Of a DNA stretch of 64,000 nt, positions 53,898-64,000 are shown one piece after another. Where the stretch lies: positions 2,790,001 to 2,854,000 of the forward strand of contig OZ024747.1 in NCBI GenBank assembly GCA_964016885.1, given 5' to 3'. The first letter of the stretch is position 1, and each line of letters opens with the position of its first letter. The notes under the pieces were generated by a model. The model ran no database searches, was not told the DNA's origin, and was given only the letters and a program-made list of their open reading frames with translations. This stretch comes from Eledone cirrhosa. Taxonomy: Eukaryota. A program made the translations under genes and the position numbers.

Positions 53898-54445
53898 ATA
53901 TCATAACATATATATTTCATATGTATGTTTATATCATCATCATCATCATCACCATTTAATGTCTGTTTTCTCACACTTGCATGGGTTAGACAGATTGTCC
54001 ATGTCATGAGGCAAGTCTGGCCAGTGGACTGCACTGTATCTTGCCCAAACAGAACTATATTTTGGCTGCATCTTTTACAGTTGGATGCCCTTCATAATAC
54101 CAAGCACCTTTACATACCATATATACTACACACGCATACACATAGATATAGTATATGTATGCATTTTAATATGCATGTAGATTTTATAAGCAGTGAAATA
54201 TGCCAGGCATGTATAAGGCACTGGGGGTAAGTGTTGTTCCCAACAACTTAATATAAGCTTGGCAGAATATCAACCAAGGATCCATGAATTACATCTACAT
54301 TACTTCATTTAATTCATCCTACTGGATATATTATCTACTTTTTTCTATTCTATTCTGAATCTATGTTTATGTATCGATATATGTGTGTGTGTGTGTGTGT
54401 CTGTGTGTGTCTGTGTGTATGTGTCTGTGTGTGTGTGTGTCTGTG

Positions 54446-54487
<42 letters not shown>

Positions 54488-54731
54488 TGTGTGTGTCTGT
54501 GTCTATGTGTCTGTCTGTGTGTGTGTGTGTGTGTATGTGTGTGTATGTGTGTGTCTGTGTCTGTGTGTGTCTGTGAGTGTGTGTGTGTATGTGCCTGTGT
54601 GTGTATGTGACGGTGTGTGTGTGCCTGTGTATGTATGTGTGTGCGTATGTGTATATGTGTGTATGTGTGTGTGTATGTGTGTATGTGTGCGTGCGTATGT
54701 ATGTGTGTGTCTGTGTGTGTATGTGTGTGTA

Positions 54732-54797
<66 letters not shown>

Positions 54798-55277
54798 ATG
54801 GTATGTTTTCAGGACATGTATGTGCACGCATGCATGTATGATACAAACAGCCAGAAATATATATTTACCTCATCATCATCATCATCATCACTATTATAAC
54901 AATACTTTTTTTTCTTCTACAATAACCAACACAATTATCCATCACCTCCACCACCACAACACTATAGGCCTCCTCCTTCTCATCATCATCATCATCATCA
55001 CAATCACCATCACCACCTCCTCCATCAATGTTACCCCCACCACCACCACCTCCACCACAACACTATCATCACCTGTGTGCCACTGCCCTTACCATTAGTA
55101 AATTAATGGATTGCTTGCACAAACTCCAGTTAATTCCCTGAAGAATAAGAAAGATATTAAAAATAGAAGAATGTAGAATTAAGATTTGATAAATAGTAAA
55201 GCAGCTCAGAATTAATGTTTATTCTGAGATAATCAAGGTATATAGATAGGAATTCATGTGTGTATATGCATGACTGT

Positions 55278-55381
<104 letters not shown>

Positions 55382-55454
55382 GTATATATATAAAGTATTT
55401 ACCTATATATATATATATTAAGAGTGGGAAATGAAATTTCGTTTCATTTTTTCC

Positions 55455-55550
<96 letters not shown>

Positions 55551-56280
55551 ATATATATATGTATATATGAGTTTTTACTTGTGTGTATAGGAACATAACA
55601 TGTTTATGTGGGAGTGTGCAAGCATGCATGTGTGTTTTGGGGCATGTAAGAGAGAGAGAGAGGGGGATAGAGGGGAGAGAATGAAGAATATATACATAAA
55701 AAGTTGTACTATTTTTTTGTCACCTCTGTAAAAATGTAGATGCATTTTTGATGCAGTTTTATCCATGACAGGTATGTTACATGTATATATATATAAATAA
55801 ATATATATATGTATATATATAAGTATACATATATGTATATATATAAGCATACATGTATGTATACATACGTACATGTTTACATATATATATATATGTGTGT
55901 GTGTAATTGCATTTTGAACAAAGCAAAATATGAGAAACATGAAGAGTTAAAGAGGTAGAATGTGAAACTAATGGCCCCTAAACATACATCTGATCATGTC
56001 ATATAGTGTCCACTAATGGGCTCTATACTAATATGTCCTTAATGAAACTCACCTCCCACTATACAATCTTTATAGCAGCATGCTATTTACAAATGTCCTA
56101 TTTTGTTGTTTTATTCTTTAGTTAAACTTAGCAAATATACTCTACTTGGTTCCCTAATGATTTCACATTTCCTCAACGAGGTTGTCTTAAATCTCTCTCA
56201 TCCATATATAGTTTCGCTGAAGACATTACTTTGATCATCTCAAGACACCCAATCATTTAAAAAGAATCTCTGTATAGTAT

Positions 56281-56480
56281 ATAAGAGGGTCGGCAGGAAA
56301 AGTTCTTAGGCTGACTATGAAGGAGTGATGTTAAAGTTGTGAAATATTGCAGGGGTTAATTTTTAACTTTTATTAATAACTGCATTGCTTCTTTTCAGGG
56401 ATTATGTTGAAAACTAAACCACATTTGGTCATTTCATGAGAGTATCATGGTCAGCCTTAACTTTTCAGCTGACCCTCATA
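56281..56480. mobile_element. Mariner-type MITE in the opposite orientation
   Basis: TIRs gagggtcggc..aaaagttc..ggctgac / gtcagcc..aacttttcagctgaccctcata. Confidence 0.8.
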
Positions 56481-57094
56481 TATAGACTTGTTATCACACT
56501 ACTTGAATAATGACATTAACATTTAGGAACATTATAACAAATTAATGATAGTATAAATCTTTTACAAATATATTATATTTATTGTCTTTTAAATTATGAA
56601 TTTAACTTTTTACATCTATTTATATTTTTGGTTGGTCTTTACTAGACGTAATATATATAATTTACCAGTTCAGATTAAATACACATTATAGATACTTCTG
56701 TTATTTAGGGGTACACTGCAGTTTTTCTATTCCTTATTGTGTATCCAAGTTGCTTTAGTCAGTTGGTAAAGAGGGCAGGAGGTCATCATTTATAATTATC
56801 TCGCTGGTAATTTGGGTTTTGTTTGCCAACTAATGGAACAGCTAGAAATCTATGAAATAAGTAATGAGATCAATATAATTGATACCCTTGAAGGAAGTGC
56901 CCCAACATGGTCTCAGTCCAATGACTGAGTAAATAAAAGAATATACTGTGGTTAGTCTTAAACTACTATGTTAACTCTATGCATGCAAGAAAGGCTATAT
57001 ATGTTTGTCACATGATGTAGGGCTCATTTGTTTTTTTTTTCAATTTTATTCTTAGATAATGGGATGTTAATTTGTTTGTAACTCTTTGAAATTC

Positions 57095-57495
57095 TTGAGG
57101 CAATATTTGTTGACATGTGTGCATTTTAATGTTAATTCTTCCTGTTTTTGCAGGAATTTATAATTTTCCATCACGTTATGATATTTTTTCAGCCAAGCAT
57201 AGTTCATATTTTTGTGCCTCCAGTATATTTTAGCAGAACCTAATAATGCACAGTTTTATTTCAATATTATATCCTCCATTTTCTTCAGAAGAAATATGCT
57301 TCGTCAAAGCTATCACATTATTCTTATGTATCTTTCAGAAAAAGCTAGAATGATGTGGATAATGAAATTTAAATGTGTTTTCTATGAATCTCATATAGCT
57401 TTCTTCTTTACCATCACTCACTGTTACTATGCCACAAGAGACAATACCTTTCCTTAAATATCCACCACCACTAAGTGGACAGTCATTTGAAATTT
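57095..57495 (-). pseudogene. Degenerate Penelope-like (Naiad-type) GIY-YIG relic
   Basis: Minus strand reads DCPLSG..LRKGIV..ENTFKFHYPHH..ALTKHI..ELCLAEK..QEELTLKCTHVNKY, with stops and frameshifts. Confidence 0.7.
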
Positions 57496-57812
57496 TATGG
57501 CTATACTTCAGAGCTGGTTAGATCTTTAGTAGACTCATAAAACGCTGCTTTTTTTCTGTTTTTTTTTTGTCTCTCTGTTCTTATACTGCCCATATATGGT
57601 ATGCAAGTGAAACTAACACTTACATAGTTTTTATTCAATAAGCTGTGTTGATTGTGAATAATGGGAAATATTTCAGCAGAAATACAGCTTATTTTCAGGA
57701 TTTACTGATGTTCTATGTACAACTTGAACATCTATAATTGATAGGTGTGGGTTAAATGTTGTCAATGAAGGGGTTACTGAAGGTTGCAGTTCAGGATATT
57801 GTATCATATATC

Positions 57813-58109
57813 CAGAGAGGTAACTAGGGTATGACAAGCATGACCCTTGCCATGGGCACCACATGAAAGGGGGCACCACTTGGACTAGGAGCAGGTTCTG
57901 TTAAAGTCAAATAAGCCTCGTCAGAGAGTGAAAAAAGAAACTCCTTCAGATGTATTATCTGTCTCTATCATGGGTGAGAACACTATTGTGGCTGGATCAT
58001 TAAACCATTTATATAAATAATTAGACCTCCATAGGTAAACATACAGTGCTGGGTAGGGGCATAATTTCACTGCTTGCCGTAGGTGCTATTTTCCCTAGTT
58101 ACATCTCTG
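57813..58109. mobile_element. hAT-type MITE
   Basis: 17-bp TIR CAGAGAGGTAACTAGGG / CCCTAGTTACATCTCTG (1 mismatch) and 8-bp TSD CATATATC / CACATATC. Confidence 0.85.
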
Positions 58110-58744
58110 CACATATCACATCCCTGCAACTTGTAAATTTTACTTGTTATTGGTATCTTAATAATTGTACAGTTTTATAAAGTTAGTTTTGCAATCATTT
58201 CTAGTACTGAAGTTTCCACCATCCTATTCTGTGTTTTAAGCCTTCATACTCAAAATCTAGTGTTTCCGACCTATTTTGTTGTTTTTCCTTCAAATCAGTT
58301 GACATTGAAGCCAACATTAGATAGAGTTGACTTTACTTCCTTCCGGTGTTATTTAAAATAAGTACCTGTCACTGGACACTGGTCTCAAACTTTTTTATTA
58401 GACACCTACATTAAAGATCAATATTCTTCTTCTTCTTGTTCTCGTTTTCTGTCTCTCCTCTCTTTCTTTCTCTCTCTCCTTCTCCTCTCTTTCTGTCTCC
58501 CCTCTTTCTTTCTCTCTCTCTTTCCCTTCCCCTTATCTTTCTATCCCCTTCACTCCCTCCTCTCTATCTCTCTTTCTCTCTCCCCATTCTCTCTCTTGCT
58601 CTTTTCTCCATGTAAGTGAGTGAAGAGTAAATAAAAGAGAAAGAGAGGGGAATAAGAGAGAGTGAGAGTGGAAATTAGGGAGAGTGGGAAAACAAGAGAG
58701 AGTGAGAGAGACAGAGAAAAAGAAAATGAAAGAAAATATGTATG

Positions 58745-59390
58745 TACTGTAATCCGACCCCCCCCCCCCATTTATCGCAGGGTATATGTCCCAGAACCAA
58801 CCGCGATAAATGAAAATCCGCGATATGGAGAGACTATAAAGACAACCGTTGTTTTCAGAGTTTAAGTCCTAAAATACCTCTCCTACATGCTTTAAGTAAA
58901 CATAAACTCATTAAAACACACTTTTGTATTTAAACACCAAAAACACCCAGTAACTATCATATAGAGACTACCACCAACTATCATACCACTAGTTACCATT
59001 GAGGACCATTGCCAGCCACGGTAGCCACTTGGTAATACACTGCACATCTCCCGTCAATCTATGAAGGGTTTGTAGTAGATTAGAGAAAAACACAATCAGT
59101 AAAACAGTAATGGAATGAAAAATAAAAACATTTTTTTGTAGTTAAAGCCTCAAGATGTCCCTTCTTACGATATACACTTTAATTACATTGAAACTTATTT
59201 AAGAAGTTTAAATTTTAAACACTTTTTATTCAGACGTACGTACTGTGATAAGAAAATAAATATATTCTAACGAAAAATCCACGATGTAGCAAGGATTACC
59301 GCAATAAGAAATTAGATACGTTCCAAAGAAATATCCGTGATGTAGCGGCACTGCGGAAAGTGAACCGCGATATAGCGAGAGATTACTGTA
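58745..59390. mobile_element. Tigger/pogo-type non-autonomous DNA transposon
   Basis: Ends TA-CTGTAATCC and GATTACTG-TA, with repeated subterminal CCGCGAT motifs. Confidence 0.7.
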
Positions 59391-59659
59391 TATCTATTTT
59401 AGCTGACCATTCAGATGGTTAAAAGAAATCCTTTCACTCTGTTCAACTAGGAAGACATATATAGTTAGATTAGAATAATATAACATCATCTTGTGTATGT
59501 GTTGATGTTCTCTCTCTTTCATTCACTGCTTCCGTCTCTCTCTCTCTCCATCTCTCTCTTTCACTCACTGCCTCCGTCTCTCTCACTCTCCCCACCTCTC
59601 TCTTTCATTCACTGCTTCCGTCTCTCTCACTCTCTCCATCTTTCTCTATTATAAACAAA

Positions 59660-61230
59660 TGGAAGCTCATACACTGGCTGCCCCACTGTCCTGCCAAACA
59701 GAATAGAAAAGGTATTTCCCCAGAGGATGGTGAGGAATACACATTGGAAGAGCCATTCCAGCTCATGGTACTCATAACTGCAGGTAGCTAACTCTGTACT
59801 AATGGTGGTGAGTAGGGAGGTGGTCCTGGGGCCAAGGACGCCAGAAGTCTCCACTGCTACAGGTAGCTAACTCTGTACTAATGGTGGTGAGTAGGGAGGT
59901 GGTCCTGGGGCCAAGGACGCCAGAAGTCTCCACTGCTACAGGTAGCTAACTCTGTACTAATGGTGGTGAGTAGGGAGGTGGTCCTGGGGCCAAGGACACC
60001 AGAAGTCTCCACTGCTATAGGTAGCCAACTCTGTGGTAATGGTGGTGAGTAGGGAGGTGGTCCTGGGGCCAAGGACACCAGAAGTCTCCACTGCTACAGG
60101 TAGCCAACTCTGTGGTAATGGTGGTGAGTAGGGAGGTGGTCCTAGGGCCAAGGACACCAGAAGTCTCCACTGCTACAGATAGCTAACTCTGTACCAATGG
60201 TGGTGAGTAGGGAGGTGGTCCTAGGGCCAAGGACGCCAGAAGTCTCCACTGCTACAGGTAGCTAACTCTGTACTAATGGTGGTGAGTAGGGAGGTGGTCC
60301 TAGGGCCAAGGACGCCAGAAGTCTCCACTGCTATAGGTAGCCAACTCTGTGGTAATGGTGGTGAGTAGGGAGGTGGTCCTAGGGCCAAGGACGCCAGAAG
60401 TCTCCACTGCTACAGGTAGCTAACTCTGTACTAATGGTGGTGAGTAGGGAGGTGGTCCTAGGGCCAAGGACGCCAGAAGTCTCCACTGCTACAGGTAGCT
60501 AACTCTGTACTAATGGTGGTGAGTAGGGAGGTGGTCCTAGGGCCAAGGACGCCAGAAGTCTCCACTGCTACAGGTAGCTAACTCTGTACCAATGGTGGTG
60601 AGTAGGGAGGTGGTCCTAGGGCCAAGGACGCCAGAAGTCTCCACTGCTACAGGTAGCTAACTCTGTACTAATGGTGGTGAGTAGGGAGGTGGTCCTAGGG
60701 CCAAGGACGCCAGAAGTCTCCACTGCTACAGGTAGCCAACTGTGTGCCAATGGTGGTGAGTAGGGAGGTGGTCCTAGGGCCAAGGACGCCAGAAGTCTCC
60801 ACTGCTACAGGTAGCTAACTCTGTACTAATGGTGGTGAGTAGGGAGGTGGTCCTAGGGCCAAGGACCCCAGAAGTCTCCACTGCTATGGACTCGATCGCA
60901 AACCTGTCAGAGAACGAACAATATTTGGAGAGTTTTCCCTCCTTGGCCCGAAGTGCAGCAGAGCTTGGATTAGTTGCAGACTGCACCAGGTTGGCACTGG
61001 AGAAAGTGTTGCTGCATGTGGTATCCCAAACAAAGGGTTTACCACCGCGGGTCGGGAAGATGGTCATGCTGTCTGGCCTTTTCTCATCCCCTCAGCCCAG
61101 CCCCACCAGCTTGAGCTGGTGGGGCTGGGCTGAGGAGATGAGAAAAGCATCCAAGCCATGGTTTATGATCTTGTTGAGAGCATCATGGTGTGGAAGCTGG
61201 CCAGAACTGTAGCGACAGGACAGTGGGTGG
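59660..61230 (-). mobile_element. CRE-like non-LTR retrotransposon 3' relic with a restriction-like endonuclease domain
   Basis: HHDALNKII, RPDSMTIFPTRGGKPFVWDTTC, AALRAKEGKLSKY, IAVETSGVLG and WLFQCVFLTILWGNTFSIL fit the PD..D..ET.G..QRGN pattern. Confidence 0.82.
59781..60886. repeat. 79-bp tandem repeat, 14 copies, inside the CRE-like endonuclease coding region
   Basis: Unit CAGGTAGCTAACTCTGTACTAATGG...GAAGTCTCCACTGCTA; 1106 bp = 14 x 79. Confidence 0.96.
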
Positions 61231-63267
61231 AGGTTGATCTGTGTTTTAAATTTCCACCAATCATTATCTCTATATGTTCAACACTCTCAGAACTGATGTT
61301 TCCTGTCTTTCTATTCTCTGCTGTTAATTTCGGAAAAAACAGATACTTTGTTTTATTTTTCATTATTTTAATATATTTTTTTAATCTAATATTGTTTTTG
61401 TCATTTTCGTTATTTTAATACTTTGTTATTTTTTGTTAATTTTGTTATTTTTGATATTGTTTTTTTGTTGTCTTTGATATTGTTTTGTTGTTTTTGTTGT
61501 ATTTGTTATTTTTGTTATTTTTGTTATTTTAATATTGTTTTTCGTGATAAACAAAAGGAAGTTGAATAAAAACCTTTTTAGATAAAAGATAAGATAAACA
61601 AGTAATAAATATCTCAATAATACACAACAATAATTGATGATTACAGGGATACTATCAATTGAGTAGATATAGTCTGTTAATGCCAATAGTCTTACCGAAT
61701 ATCTTCTTATAATTGCTTTAGACATATCATTCTATCACTTCACCTTTCAGGTCTGTGAAAACTATAATGATTTTATTTGAAGGACTATCTTTACTGTTTC
61801 CATTAATACTTACTGTCAAGCAGGGCCGGGTTTAATGGGGAGAAAAGGGGGCAACTCCCCTGGGCTCCCTGCAGTGGGGTGACACCACCAACAGCAGTAG
61901 CAATTTATTTGTGCCCTCAGCTGGGCTTTTTAGTTTTAAGATGGTTAGAATTTTTTAATTTAATACCTGTATATAAAACTTTTCAATTCCAATTACTTGT
62001 TCCAAACTAACTTTGATAAGTAAAATTTGGGTTCCTGTGTATTCTAATTTTTTTGTTTACAAGCCTCATATCACATCTCATTTTAAAATAGTGAAAGTTG
62101 TTGATTTGTACTATTAAGGCTTCTCATCACCACAAAGCATTTCTTTTATATTTTTATTCCGTCACAACAGAATGAAGGGAAAAAAAAGATTTTTTCTCTC
62201 TCTAACATGTAAAATAGTTTCTGAGAATGAATAGAAAGTCTAAAGTCTGTCCCAAGTTTTATCCCAATTTCTGTGCTAAGTGACTAAGAGTATATGACTC
62301 CTCCTCCTCCTCCCTTGATAGGACACCAATCCATCACAAGGTTAAAGTCTGTCCCATGACAAGAAGCTGTCAGGCCAGGATTTATCCCGGTTTCCATAGC
62401 ATTAAGCATCTGGATGTACAAGACTCCTCTCTAAACAGAACTCCAGTCCATTACAAGGTTAAACCCACAGATATTTTTTTGAAAGACTAAGTTCCAATAT
62501 TCCAGCATATTTCATAATCTGACCCTAACCAGGTCCCAAGGAGGCCAGATTAGCAAAACTGTGTTGCATCAGACACAAAACATACATACTGTATATGAAC
62601 CAATAAATGAGGCTTGGCTTGTTAGAAATAGCAGTCAAATCTTGCTTCACCCAGTTCTTTTTGCATTAAGCAACTAAAAAATACATATACGATTGGGGTT
62701 GATTTAATTAACTTTCTCTTTCCCTTCAAATTGCTGGCCTTGAGCCTAATACAGAAACAATTTTTATCCACTTTCTGTAGTGGAATGGGCTGGGTAGTTT
62801 TTATGATTCTTATTCAATGCTACTGATCTCCAAGACGTGTCAGGAGACCATATCTCACTCATACATAGTTTCTCTAGATAAATGAATACCTTTCCTAACA
62901 CAAACCACTTTACAGAGTGTACTGGGTGTGTTTTATCATAACACTAGCACTAGAGAGGTTGTCATGGTACAAATCAATTTAATCCATCTGAGTAAGTTTC
63001 TGTATATTTTACACTGAATTCACCACATTTTTCTCCAGGGATTGACATTTTATTCATGACAACCAATCTATTTCTCTGTCCTGTAACAATAAAAATAATC
63101 AGACTTTAAGTCTTACATGATTGATAGATGGGCCATCCAAGGCAAAATATATCATTGAGCTTGTCTTCATCTGGCAATGGCAAAAATAGGTGTTCATCTA
63201 GCATTCTTCTTCAATGGTTTTGTTATTTGAAGTACAAATACATATAAATATGTGTGTATATATAAAT

Positions 63268-63619
63268 CATCATCATCATCATCATCATCATTTCATTTTA
63301 CATCCGCTTTTTCCCTGCTTGCAAGGGTGGAATGGGAACTGATACTGGCTTGATTTCTACAGCTGGATGCCCTTCCTAACACCAACCTCACTTACAGTGA
63401 GTGCTAGGTGCTTTTTTGATGTGGCACCTCCAATACCACTTTGCAGTGGAATGATAGAGACCCCAGTCCCTATCATCTCATTTCTACAGCTGAGTAAACT
63501 GGAGCAATGTGAAATAAAGTGTCTTGCTCAAGGAAACAACACATCACCCTGTCTGAGAATTGAACTCACAACCTTTCGACTGCAAGGCCAATGCTCTAAC
63601 CACTAAGCCATGTGCCTCC
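63268..63619 (-). mobile_element. SINE family A
   Basis: Reverse-complement match to 4625-4962, flanked by TA-rich tracts. Confidence 0.9.
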
Positions 63620-63716
63620 ATATATATATATACATATATACATATATATGTGTGTATATATACATATATATATATATATACATACATATATATATGATAT
63701 ATATATGTATATATAA

Positions 63717-63768
<52 letters not shown>

Positions 63769-63825
63769 GTATATATATATACATACACATATATATATTA
63801 TCAAATGATTCTATGGACATACTTT

Positions 63826-63878
<53 letters not shown>

Positions 63879-64000
63879 GTGGTAGCAATTTCTTTTTCTG
63901 TCTCTAAGAGTCTTCACCCTGTTTTGTAACCTATTTCATGGCAGCTCTGTACATGAGAACACAACTCATTATATCAACTATATAATATATCTTTGCTAGC

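Noticed and set aside
57140-57160. Splice acceptor for a downstream protocadherin exon
   Set aside because: It lies on the antisense strand of a Penelope-like relic, and the phase-0 frame stops after two codons.
57860-57880. Second CTCF motif (GAAAGGGGGCACCA)
   Set aside because: Lacks the CC half of the core and lies inside a hAT MITE.
59781-60886. CRISPR array or repeat-protein gene
   Set aside because: No spacers. The 79-bp unit is not a multiple of 3 and derives from retrotransposon coding sequence.

Overview
AT-rich, microsatellite-dense eukaryotic DNA, most likely from a coleoid cephalopod (octopus-like), inferred from the protocadherin style and the SINE/(TA)n landscape. The only intact host gene is a protocadherin. 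One large exon (42609-45062, ATG 42684) encodes a signal peptide, six cadherin repeats, a transmembrane helix and part of the cytoplasmic tail, and ends at a phase-0 splice donor. Upstream are a near-consensus CTCF-type motif (41771-41789), RFX X-boxes and a candidate promoter/5'UTR exon (about 33.3-33.5 kb). The rest is mobile-element debris: RTE LINE relics, three Penelope-like (Naiad-type) GIY-YIG relics, a CRE-like element carrying a 14x79-bp internal tandem expansion, several tRNA-derived SINE families, and mariner, piggyBac, hAT and pogo-type MITEs. The most unusual signal is a recurring set of short non-coding elements sitting in (TA)n microsatellites. Several carry hammerhead ribozyme folds and several form asymmetric inverted repeats, in two families with breakpoints at the ribozyme boundary. 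Almost all short ORFs in the track are microsatellite artefacts. All motifs and folds were read by eye; no searches were run.
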